Positions 40,247 to 47,793 of a DNA stretch of 64,000 bases are shown here, piece by piece. Under the pieces are notes generated by a model. That model searched no databases, was not told the DNA's origin, and saw nothing but the letters and a program-made list of their open reading frames with translations. The stretch is from an uncultured Candidatus Saccharimonas sp. (lineage in GTDB: Bacteria > Patescibacteriota > Saccharimonadia > Saccharimonadales > Saccharimonadaceae): positions 682 through 64,681 of the forward strand of contig CAUUYC010000004.1 of assembly GCA_963549415.1 (NCBI GenBank), given 5' to 3'. The translations under genes were made by a program, and so were the position numbers. The first letter of the stretch is position 1, and every line of letters starts with the position of its first letter.

Positions 40247-41776
40247 ATGAACGAAGAACAAGCCTATTTAGAAAAAATCGGGAAGCTTATTCAAGAATCC
40301 CGCCTGCACAAGAATTTAACTCAAGTTGAGCTTGCCGAAAAAATTGGCACCTCACAAAGTGCAATTAACCGAATTGAAAGTGGTAAGCAAAATATAACTA
40401 TTGAAATGCTTGCAAGAATTTCAGAAGAACTTTCGAGCGAAATTATATCTGTTAATTCAAATAAGAAAACCAATTTTCGTGTTCATGGCGGTCACGAACT
40501 TTCTGGTGAAATTGAAGTTAAAACCTCAAAAAATGCCGCCGTCGCCCTGCTTTGCGCTTCTCTTCTAAATAAAGGAAAAACGATTCTTCGCCGCGTTGCT
40601 AGAATCGAAGAGGTTAATCGAATTATTGAAGTCTTAAATTCGATTGGCGTTCGCACAAAATGGCTTAATGAAGATAACGACCTCGAAATTATACCTCCTA
40701 GAGAATTATCTTTCGAAAACATGAATGTTGAATCTGCCAAAAGAACACGCAGCATTCTAATGTTTCTTGGCCCACTTCTTCACCAATATTCAGACTTCGA
40801 AATACCTTTTTCTGGTGGGTGCAATTTAGGAACACGCACAGTTGAGCCACACCTTTCTGGATTAAAATATTTTGGTGCAAATGTTACAGCACAAACTGAT
40901 TTTTACAAAGTTTCAAATAAACCAAAAAAAGTCGAGAAGCCAATACTCTTAACCGAGCGCGGAGACACAACAACTGAAAATATAATTATGGCCGCAGCGC
41001 TTTCTGGTCAAGAAATTACAATTCGAAATGCTAGTCCAAACTATATGGTGCAAGATTTATGTTTCTTTCTTGAAGAGCTTGGCGTTAAAATTGAAGGAAT
41101 TGGAACAACAACCTTAAAAGTTCATGGATTAATAAAAATCGAAAAAGATGTTGAATATTATGTAAGCGAAGACCCTATTGAATCTTTGACTTTCGTGGCG
41201 GTTGCGCTGGTTACAAATTCTGAAATTACCATCAAACGTGCGCCAATCGAATTCAACGAACTTGAACTTGCAACCCTCGAACAAATGGGTGCAAATTTCG
41301 AAATCAGCTCCGAATATCTTTCGAAAAATAAAAAAACGCGCCTTGTGGATATTAAAGTTAAAAAATCAAAATTACATGCTGCGAAAGATAAAATTCACGC
41401 GCTACCATTTCCTGGTATAAATATGGACAATTTGCCTTTTCTTGGATTAATTGCAACTGTCGCGGAAGGTCGAACTTTGATTCATGACTGGAGCTACGAA
41501 AACCGTGCAATTTACTTTACTGAGCTTTCAAAATTAAACGCTAAAATTGAACTTGTTGATCCACATCGTGTTTATATTTCTGGCCCAACAAAATGGAAAC
41601 CTGCAGACATTATTGCGCCAAGTGCCCTTCGCCCAAGTGTTGTAGTTTTGATCGCAATGCTTGCCGCACCAGGAGTCTCAACCTTGCGAGATGTTTACAA
41701 TATCAATCGCGGCTATGAGGATTTTGCAGAAAGATTAAATTCACTTGGTGCAAAAATTGAAACTTTATTTTCATAA
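40247..41776 (+). CDS. murA: XRE-family HTH domain fused to UDP-N-acetylglucosamine 1-carboxyvinyltransferase
   Basis: Residues 1-65 form an HTH_3 domain (LTQVELAEKIGTSQSAINRIESGKQN). The rest is a MurA/EPSP fold with the catalytic-Cys loop GGCNLGTRTVEPH, FPGINMDN and YENR. Confidence 0.9.
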   Translation: MNEEQAYLEKIGKLIQESRLHKNLTQVELAEKIGTSQSAINRIESGKQNITIEMLARISEELSSEIISVNSNKKTNFRVHGGHELSGEIEVKTSKNAAVALLCASLLNKGKTILRRVARIEEVNRIIEVLNSIGVRTKWLNEDNDLEIIPPRELSFENMNVESAKRTRSILMFLGPLLHQYSDFEIPFSGGCNLGTRTVEPHLSGLKYFGANVTAQTDFYKVSNKPKKVEKPILLTERGDTTTENIIMAAALSGQEITIRNASPNYMVQDLCFFLEELGVKIEGIGTTTLKVHGLIKIEKDVEYYVSEDPIESLTFVAVALVTNSEITIKRAPIEFNELELATLEQMGANFEISSEYLSKNKKTRLVDIKVKKSKLHAAKDKIHALPFPGINMDNLPFLGLIATVAEGRTLIHDWSYENRAIYFTELSKLNAKIELVDPHRVYISGPTKWKPADIIAPSALRPSVVVLIAMLAAPGVSTLRDVYNINRGYEDFAERLNSLGAKIETLFS

Positions 41777-41783
41777 TTAAAAA

Positions 41784-41810
41784 GACTCCCAAAAATTGGG
41801 AGTTATTTTT
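41784..41810. terminator. Bidirectional terminator
   Basis: GACTCCCA (41784-41791) pairs with TGGGAGT (41797-41803), flanked by A- and T-runs. Confidence 0.7.
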
Positions 41811-41812
41811 AG

Positions 41813-42238
41813 CTAATGTTTAAGATAGTCTTTATTTTCTGTGCGATATTTTATCGCATTTTTTCGAATAATATTCGCTTCATTGAAGTTAAAAACTGCT
41901 CTGTCTTCAAGTTTCTTAATAAGAAGATCGACAACTTTTATATTGAATTTCATGCAAGAAATCCCAGTTGGTTTCTCACCATTTAGAATCTCAAAAATTG
42001 TTAGAAATTCAATATCTACGTCAGAAGCTTCTGCCCAATCTTCTCCAAGCAGATCTTCAGCAGCCTGAATTAGTGAACTTTTAATCGCTTCTAAGAGATT
42101 ATTCTCATTTTGGTCATTAAGACTACTACAAAAGCTTGGGTGGTAAGCCCTAAAACAATCAAAAGTATCTCGAAAGACTTCATCCATCTTTTTTGATATG
42201 ATTTCTGTAAGGTTCAATTTAAATTTAGCCATTTTCAT
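41813..42238 (-). CDS. Hypothetical 141-aa cytoplasmic protein
   Basis: ORF with ATG, GGAGGAATG-type SD (AAGGAGGAATGAAAATG) and terminator. No family recognised. Confidence 0.65.
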   Translation of the reverse strand: MKMAKFKLNLTEIISKKMDEVFRDTFDCFRAYHPSFCSSLNDQNENNLLEAIKSSLIQAAEDLLGEDWAEASDVDIEFLTIFEILNGEKPTGISCMKFNIKVVDLLIKKLEDRAVFNFNEANIIRKNAIKYRTENKDYLKH

Positions 42239-42324
42239 TCCTCCTTGGCAAAAAATCTATCTAATATTATATCATACTTTAAAATTTTGGTCAAATAAAA
42301 AAGAGCCTTAAGCTCGAATTTACT

Positions 42325-42402
42325 TGGGGCGAATGATGGGGTTCGAACCCACGGCCTCCGGTGCCACAAACCAGCGCTCTAACCAGCTGAGCTACATCCG
42401 CC
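42325..42402 (-). tRNA. tRNA-His(GUG) with genomically encoded G-1 and CCA
   Basis: Hand-folded: G-1 lies opposite C73, acceptor GCGGATG/CATTCGC, anticodon loop TTGTGGC. Confidence 0.88.
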
Positions 42403-42446
42403 ATAGCTTCAACCATTTTAACACATAAAAACTTGAAAATCAAGCT

Positions 42447-42914
42447 TTAAAATTTTGGCTTAATTTGCGGGTGAAAACTTCGCACAACATTTTGAGAGCT
42501 TGGAGTTTGCGAACCGTAAAAACCCGCCATTCCGGTTTGTTGAACCTCGCCGAAACCACTTTTCGTCATTCTTATTTTTGTTGATTGATCAATTTGACCA
42601 TTCGAAATTGTATTTTTTTGCCTATTTAAATTTTGCTGCAAATAATTTGAAACCCTTTCTTCTCTTTTGGCTCTAATCTGATCAAGAGCCGATCTTGAAC
42701 TTTCCATTTTAGTTTTTTGTGCCATTCTTAATTGACCAAGTTGAGAATCTCGATATGAGCGCACTTTCGAATTTCTATAATCAATCGCTTGGCGCTGCGC
42801 AAAACTTTGTGAGCTTGCAGCACCAATTCTTCCACCAGACTGAGCTTTAGCGTATCCGCTAGAATGAGAAACTTCTTCAAGACTTGATTTTACAACATAA
42901 TCATTTAATTTCAT
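42447..42914 (-). CDS. Hypothetical Q/S/R-rich 155-aa protein
   Basis: ORF between tRNA-His and tRNA-Gly. Low complexity, and no family recognised. Confidence 0.55.
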   Translation of the reverse strand: MKLNDYVVKSSLEEVSHSSGYAKAQSGGRIGAASSQSFAQRQAIDYRNSKVRSYRDSQLGQLRMAQKTKMESSRSALDQIRAKREERVSNYLQQNLNRQKNTISNGQIDQSTKIRMTKSGFGEVQQTGMAGFYGSQTPSSQNVVRSFHPQIKPKF

Positions 42915-42956
42915 AATACTATATTAGCATAAACACATTATTTTTTCAAAAAAGTC

Positions 42957-42985
42957 TTGCTTTTATAAAAAATGTTTGCTATAAT
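42957..42985 (+). promoter_or_regulatory. Promoter TTGCTT-17-TGcTATAAT for tRNA-Gly
   Basis: -35 at 42957-42962 and -10 at 42980-42985. The tRNA starts at 42994. Confidence 0.65.
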
Positions 42986-42993
42986 AATCTCAT

Positions 42994-43068
42994 GCGGGCG
43001 TCGTATAACGGCTAATATACCTGCCTTCCAAGCAAGTGATGAGAGTTCGATTCTCTCCGCCCGCACCA
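42994..43068 (+). tRNA. tRNA-Gly(UCC), CCA encoded
   Basis: Hand-folded: acceptor GCGGGCG/CGCCCGC, discriminator A, anticodon loop CTTCCAA, one C-A mismatch in the anticodon stem. Confidence 0.8.
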
Positions 43069-43094
43069 TTTGATCTTTTTTGTTTTGGCACAAG

Positions 43095-43120
43095 CCTCCA
43101 TTTTCTGGAGGTTTTTGCTT
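43095..43120 (+). terminator. Terminator after tRNA-Gly
   Basis: CCTCCA (43095-43100) pairs with TGGAGG (43106-43111), then TTTTT. Confidence 0.7.
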
Positions 43121-43136
43121 TTAGAAAATAATCATA

Positions 43137-43165
43137 TAGACTTTTTTAAAAAAACTTGATATAAT
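43137..43165 (+). promoter_or_regulatory. Promoter TAGACT-17-TGaTATAAT for tRNA-Arg(UCU)
   Basis: -35 at 43137-43142 and -10 at 43160-43165. The tRNA starts at 43178. Confidence 0.55.
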
Positions 43166-43177
43166 TATTTTAGGTAC

Positions 43178-43254
43178 GCCCCCGTAGCTCAGTGGATTAG
43201 AGTAAGAGGTTTCTACCCTCCTGGCCGTAGGTTCGAGTCCTACCGGGGGTACCA
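43178..43254 (+). tRNA. tRNA-Arg(UCU), CCA encoded
   Basis: Hand-folded: acceptor GCCCCCG/CGGGGGT (G1-U72 wobble), anticodon loop TTTCTAC, T-loop GGTTCGAGTCC. Confidence 0.82.
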
Positions 43255-43268
43255 AATTATTTTATTTT

Positions 43269-43787
43269 ATGGAAATTATCTTTTACTCAATATCATTTAT
43301 TCTCGGCATAATTATTGCCGCTTTTCTTTTAACTATATTTTTTGGTGCACCGTATGTCCCTACACACAAATCAGATCTTTTCAGACTCTTCGAAACAATA
43401 AATCTTTCTAAAGAAGATATACTCGTAGATATCGGTTCTGGTGATGGAGTTGTTTTAAAAGTTGCAAATAATTTTAACGCAAAAGCTATTGGCTTCGAGA
43501 TTAACCCTTTTCTAGTTTTAATTTCAAAAATTAAACTTCGAAAACAGCAAAACTGCCAAATTTATCTTAAAAATTTTTGGAAAGCCTTCCCGATTTCAAA
43601 CATTACCGTATTCTATACTTTTGGCCACGCCGAGAGGATTGAAAAAATGCTAAAGCTTGCTCAAATTCAGACAAATTTTCAAAAAATACCTCTACTTTTT
43701 ATTAGTTATGGTTTCGAAATTAAAAATTTAAAACCTTTTAAAATATCAGGCGCACATTATATTTATAAAATTCAGCCAAAAAAATAA
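43269..43787 (+). CDS. Class I SAM-dependent methyltransferase with an N-terminal TM helix
   Basis: 172 aa with motif I VDIGSGDGVV. The ATG lies 14 nt after tRNA-Arg with no promoter or SD of its own, so it is probably co-transcribed. Confidence 0.7.
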   Translation: MEIIFYSISFILGIIIAAFLLTIFFGAPYVPTHKSDLFRLFETINLSKEDILVDIGSGDGVVLKVANNFNAKAIGFEINPFLVLISKIKLRKQQNCQIYLKNFWKAFPISNITVFYTFGHAERIEKMLKLAQIQTNFQKIPLLFISYGFEIKNLKPFKISGAHYIYKIQPKK

Positions 43788-43817
43788 TCAAAAAGTCTTT
43801 TTTTTCACAATTAAATA

Positions 43818-43826
43818 TGCTATAAT
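43818..43826 (+). promoter_or_regulatory. Extended -10 (TGcTATAAT) for tRNA-Lys
   Basis: -10 at 43821-43826. The tRNA starts at 43836. No good -35. Confidence 0.5.
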
Positions 43827-43835
43827 GTGAATATT

Positions 43836-43912
43836 GGGCCAGTAGCTCAGCCGGTTAGAGCACCTGCCTCTTAAGCAGGGTGTCGAGGGTTCGAGCCCCT
43901 CCTGGCCCTCCA
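43836..43912 (+). tRNA. tRNA-Lys(CUU), CCA encoded
   Basis: Hand-folded: acceptor GGGCCAG/CTGGCCC, anticodon loop CTCTTAA, T-loop GGTTCGAGCCC. Confidence 0.88.
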
Positions 43913-43920
43913 AAATTTGA

Positions 43921-43965
43921 AAAAAAATAAATCAGCAAGAATATCTATCTGCTGATTTTTATTTT
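43921..43965. terminator. Bidirectional terminator (tRNA-Lys and the Clp-like operon)
   Basis: An A-run, then ATCAGCA (43931-43937) pairing with TGCTGAT (43950-43956), then a T-run. Confidence 0.65.
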
Positions 43966-43968
43966 ATA

Positions 43969-46344
43969 TTAGCTTTGCCGAACTATTTCTGGAGTAATTT
44001 CAATGTTCGAACCAGCTTGAGCTTCGCCGGAAAGCATTTTTCGTGCAATAGTATTTTCCACAACTCGCTGAATAACTCTTCTCATTGGTCGAGCGCCAAG
44101 TTTTGGATCATAGCCTAAATTTGCAAGCAATATTTTAGCTTCTGGCGTAACAGAAACTGTAATTTTTTGACCAGCAAGAGTTTTATTTACCCCAACAATC
44201 ATCAAATCAATAATCTGCATCAGATTTTCTTTTGTGAGCGGTTCAAAAACGATAATTTCGTCAAAACGGTTCAGAAATTCGGGGCGAAATTCACGACTTG
44301 CAATTAAATCATTTACAATGATTTCTTCAGCGCTTGTCGAATCGTAACCACGAGAAATCAGCTCTTGAATTCGCTCAGAGCCAGCATTTGATGTTGCAAT
44401 AATAATCGCATCTCGAAATGAAACCTCACGGTTTTTTTCATCCCTCAAAATACCTTCATCTAAAACCTGCAAAAGAGCAGTTAGAACATTTGGGTGAGCC
44501 TTTTCAATTTCATCTAAAAGAACAACCGAGAAAGGCTTTTTCATCATTTGAGCAGTTAGAGAACTCGCGTCACGCGCACCATCTGCAATCAATCTTGAGA
44601 CATCGTCAAGGTTTACAAACTCATTCAAATCAAGACGTACAATATTATTTTCACCATTAAAATAAACTTCTGAAAGTGCCTTCGAAAGCTCTGTTTTACC
44701 AACTCCAGTTGGGCCAAGAAATAGAAATGTTCCAATTGGTCTGTTTTGATTTCGAACACCAGTTCTCGCACGACGCAAAGCATTTGCTACAGCCGAAACT
44801 GCTTTTTCCTGGCCAACCATTCTGGCATGCAATAAATCTTCAAGGTTTAATAAAGTTTCTTTCTCTTCATTAACATTTGCAGTAGCGATTTTTACATTCA
44901 TTGTTTGCTCAATCGCTTTTTCAACTGAGCTCGCCGTTACAATTTTATTATCAGCAAATCCTGCTGCCATCTCTAACAAGCGCACCGCCCGCCCTGGCAT
45001 TTCTAAATCAAATATATATCTTTCGCTTAGTTTAAAAGCTTCTTTAAGTGCTTGAAACTGATAAAACACGCCATTTTGATGTTCGAAAATCAACAACTTG
45101 TCTTGCATAACTGCCAGTGTTTCATCATAATTAGCTGGCTTAACCTGCAGCCTATTCATCGCCTGAGCAAGAGCTGGATTCTTTGCTGAAATTTGCAAAA
45201 ATCTCTGTTCATCAAGAGTTAAGATTAACCTTAAAGCACCAGCCTGAATAATAGGAAGAAGTAAATTCGAAACATCAACCGAACCAACACCATCTTCAAA
45301 AAATAGCTGAGCATTATCAAGACAAATAATTATATTTTTAGCGGCATAAGCTTCGTTCAAAACATAATTCAGCAAATTTTCTATTTCACCTCGCCCTGGC
45401 GCTGCCGCAATCAAAGATGCAGCATCAAGAGAAACAACCTGTCTAAATTTTAAATTTGAAGGGATTTTCTCGCTACCATTTGCAATTTTTGCAGCAAAAG
45501 AATTCACAACAGTAGTTTTACCAACACCATCGGCACCAATCAGAGCAACATTCTGCCTTCCATTACCACTGAATTGTTCAACCATTTTCGAAACTAAATC
45601 TTTATGTTGCTCTAAATTTGAAGACATTAAAATATTGTTCGAAACCTGATTTGTAATATTCACTCCAAAACGATTCAAGGTTGGAGTATAACCAAACGAC
45701 CAATCGCGGGCAATTCCACCAGTTTTCATTGGAATTTTAGATTGACTTATTAGTGAAAAAATATGATCATGCCACAAAACGCCACGCTCTAAATCTTCAA
45801 AATCAAGATAAAACTGCGCAAGAAGCGTTTCATAATTCGGAAGATTTCGAATTATCGCAAGAGTTAAAACCGAGCCAGAAACGGTTTTAGTTTTTAACTT
45901 TTGCTGAATTTGTAGTGCAGTTTGAAAAATATTTTCAGGTGAATTTTGTGGAATCTGAACCAAACTCTCAATCGTAGTTTTTCCAAGCCCAAAGCGTGAA
46001 ATAATAAACTTTCCACCGGAACTTTCTAAAACTACTTTTGCAATCTGCTCACTTGTTGGATTTTTCGAAAGTTTTCCTAAAATATTACTAGCTAGCTGCC
46101 CTTCAATATTTAAATCTTTTGTTGGCTCCAATCTATGAAGTTCTCCATTCCACCAATGAACTAAAATTGTGATTATTGATGAAAATGCTAAAATTAACCA
46201 GCCAAGAGCCGAATCAATTAAAACTAAACAGAATCCGCTCAAAATTCCAACAATTTTCAAAATCTTAAGTAGAAATAAAAAACCCCTAAGCCCATTCATT
46301 AAACGGGATTTTTTTGCGCGCAAATCATTGTAATCAAAAATCAT
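43969..46344 (-). CDS. Membrane-anchored double AAA+ ATPase of the ClpA/ClpB (Hsp100) family
   Basis: Two N-terminal TM helices. NBD1 has Walker A GADGVGKT but Walker B ICLDNAQ. NBD2 is canonical (GPTGVGKT, LLDEIEKAH). ATG 46342-46344 has an AAAGGAG SD and forms an ATGA overlap with the upstream gene; the ORF-track TTG at 46353 is rejected. Confidence 0.85.
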   Translation of the reverse strand: MIFDYNDLRAKKSRLMNGLRGFLFLLKILKIVGILSGFCLVLIDSALGWLILAFSSIITILVHWWNGELHRLEPTKDLNIEGQLASNILGKLSKNPTSEQIAKVVLESSGGKFIISRFGLGKTTIESLVQIPQNSPENIFQTALQIQQKLKTKTVSGSVLTLAIIRNLPNYETLLAQFYLDFEDLERGVLWHDHIFSLISQSKIPMKTGGIARDWSFGYTPTLNRFGVNITNQVSNNILMSSNLEQHKDLVSKMVEQFSGNGRQNVALIGADGVGKTTVVNSFAAKIANGSEKIPSNLKFRQVVSLDAASLIAAAPGRGEIENLLNYVLNEAYAAKNIIICLDNAQLFFEDGVGSVDVSNLLLPIIQAGALRLILTLDEQRFLQISAKNPALAQAMNRLQVKPANYDETLAVMQDKLLIFEHQNGVFYQFQALKEAFKLSERYIFDLEMPGRAVRLLEMAAGFADNKIVTASSVEKAIEQTMNVKIATANVNEEKETLLNLEDLLHARMVGQEKAVSAVANALRRARTGVRNQNRPIGTFLFLGPTGVGKTELSKALSEVYFNGENNIVRLDLNEFVNLDDVSRLIADGARDASSLTAQMMKKPFSVVLLDEIEKAHPNVLTALLQVLDEGILRDEKNREVSFRDAIIIATSNAGSERIQELISRGYDSTSAEEIIVNDLIASREFRPEFLNRFDEIIVFEPLTKENLMQIIDLMIVGVNKTLAGQKITVSVTPEAKILLANLGYDPKLGARPMRRVIQRVVENTIARKMLSGEAQAGSNIEITPEIVRQS

Positions 46345-46814
46345 AAGAACCAACTCCTTTTTGTTTTATTTGGTTTAACTTCTTTTGATGGAATATTTTT
46401 TTGCCAATTTTTAAAATCATCCTTAATTTTTGGAATAATTTTTGGTGTCCAACCAGTTGTAAAAATTACAGCAAGAATAATCGGTAAAACCGGTGAAATC
46501 AACCATAAAATTAACATTATTAGACCCCAAATTGCTTTAAAGCTAATAAAAAATATACCAATTATCATTATTATTGTTCGCAAAAAAGCACCAATGAACC
46601 GAGAAAAAAGCTTATCAAAAAACTTCTTAATTCGAACTTCAATCGAAGCGTTCGAAACACCTAAAGCATCAATTTGTCGAAAAGGCGCAAACCAAGTTTT
46701 TATTAAAAGACCAAGTGAAAAAGTATCAATCGAGCGTTCGATTCCATCTAAAATCTTCTCAGCACGCCAAACTAGCCCTTTCCCATACCACCAAGTTAAA
46801 AAAGACATAAACAT
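46341..46814 (-). CDS. Membrane protein translationally coupled to the Clp-like ATPase
   Basis: About 157 aa starting MFMSFLTWWYGKG, with 2-3 TM helices. The ORF-track TTG extension to 46886 would run through the promoter. Confidence 0.7.
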   Translation of the reverse strand: MFMSFLTWWYGKGLVWRAEKILDGIERSIDTFSLGLLIKTWFAPFRQIDALGVSNASIEVRIKKFFDKLFSRFIGAFLRTIIMIIGIFFISFKAIWGLIMLILWLISPVLPIILAVIFTTGWTPKIIPKIKDDFKNWQKNIPSKEVKPNKTKRSWFL

Positions 46815-46820
46815 AATTAA

Positions 46821-46849
46821 ATTATACACAAATCTACAAATTTTTACAA
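46821..46849 (-). promoter_or_regulatory. Promoter TTGTAA-17-TGtgTATAAT, -10 box 6 nt upstream of ATG 46814 (leaderless)
   Basis: Minus strand: -10 at 46821-46826 and -35 at 46844-46849. Confidence 0.6.
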
Positions 46850-46998
46850 GCTTACACCAGCCGAACTCGCCAAAAAAATAAAGCAAGATTAATTATTCAA
46901 AAAAACTCTATAAACTTTCATATACATATTTTCCCTACCACTTTTTTATATTATATGTTATAATTATACTATTAAATCCAAAAAGGAGGAACCTTTCC

Positions 46999-47671
46999 AT
47001 GACTAAAAAACATATCATTAAGCGATATTAATATTTCCAAACAACTATACAGCGAATGTATAGAACATGGGCATAAAATAAAATGCTCATTTGGAGAGTT
47101 TCAACTATATCCGATAACTGATATAATCATCGCTATCTATAGCAATGGTGAATTCAGGAAAAATGTAGGAGAAATAGACTCCTTTAGTTTTGCCGGCAAA
47201 AATTTTGAGCCAATAGCTGAAGGAACTAATATATGTTTCGAAACCGGAGAGATCGAGAAAGTTATCTTTAAAGGTATTGTTGCACTACTAAAAAATAATA
47301 AAGTGCTGATCCTGAACAAACAAGATTATACTATGCAACAGATAATCTCGTTAGATAAATTTTTAGAGACCTTAAATTGCGCCTATTCTGCAATGGACAG
47401 GTCTTTCAATCTCGATCCATGTACATCAGAAGCGTATTACACTACAATGCTTGGATATAGAATTACAGATGCCAAAGATAAGTATCCAGAGATACTAAAA
47501 ATATTGAGGTATTTAGAAAAAGAGCTGGAAGAATGGTTAGAAAAATTCAATCAAAAAATCAAAGATGGTAAAACCATCACTCTTTCAGAATTGGATAAAC
47601 GCGACTCTAAAAAATCAGAACTAGAGTCGCTGAAAAATAGTCTGAAAAATATAAATTTCAGACTGAAATAG
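46999..47671 (+). pseudogene. Hypothetical ~223-aa gene interrupted by a frameshift in an A6 tract just after the start codon
   Basis: AGGAGG (46984-46989) is followed 9 nt later by ATG 46999. That frame stops at 47029-47031. The +1 frame is open for 222 codons from 47003 to 47671 with no ATG/GTG/TTG before 47303. The A6 run is at 47005-47010. Confidence 0.6.
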
Positions 47672-47675
47672 AATC

Positions 47676-47693
47676 AGCCCTTCGGGGCTTTTT
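47676..47693 (+). terminator. Rho-independent terminator
   Basis: AGCCC (47676-47680), loop TTCG, GGGCT (47685-47689), then TTTTT. Confidence 0.7.
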
Positions 47694-47729
47694 AAATTGC
47701 ACCAAAATTCTGCTCTTATTTATTTTTTA

Positions 47730-47738
47730 TGTTATAAT
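47730..47738 (+). promoter_or_regulatory. Extended -10 (TGtTATAAT) for rny
   Basis: -10 at 47733-47738. A leader of about 50 nt ends in a GAAAGGAAA SD. Confidence 0.5.
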
Positions 47739-47793
47739 TAAATAAGGCATTAGCCGTTGAATTTTTATTTAATTTATTGATGAAAGGAAAAAT

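Noticed and set aside
37090-42350. TTCGAA copies inside tRNA genes (T-loop GGTTCGAA of tRNA-His, anticodon loop of tRNA-Arg-UCG) as evidence for the motif excess
   Set aside because: These are explained by universal tRNA structure or the anticodon sequence. They should be excluded from the enrichment count, and the excess stands without them.
47137-47319. 60-aa minus-strand ORF
   Set aside because: It is antisense to the long stop-free plus-strand frame of the frameshifted gene (47003-47671). It starts with TTG and has no expression signals.
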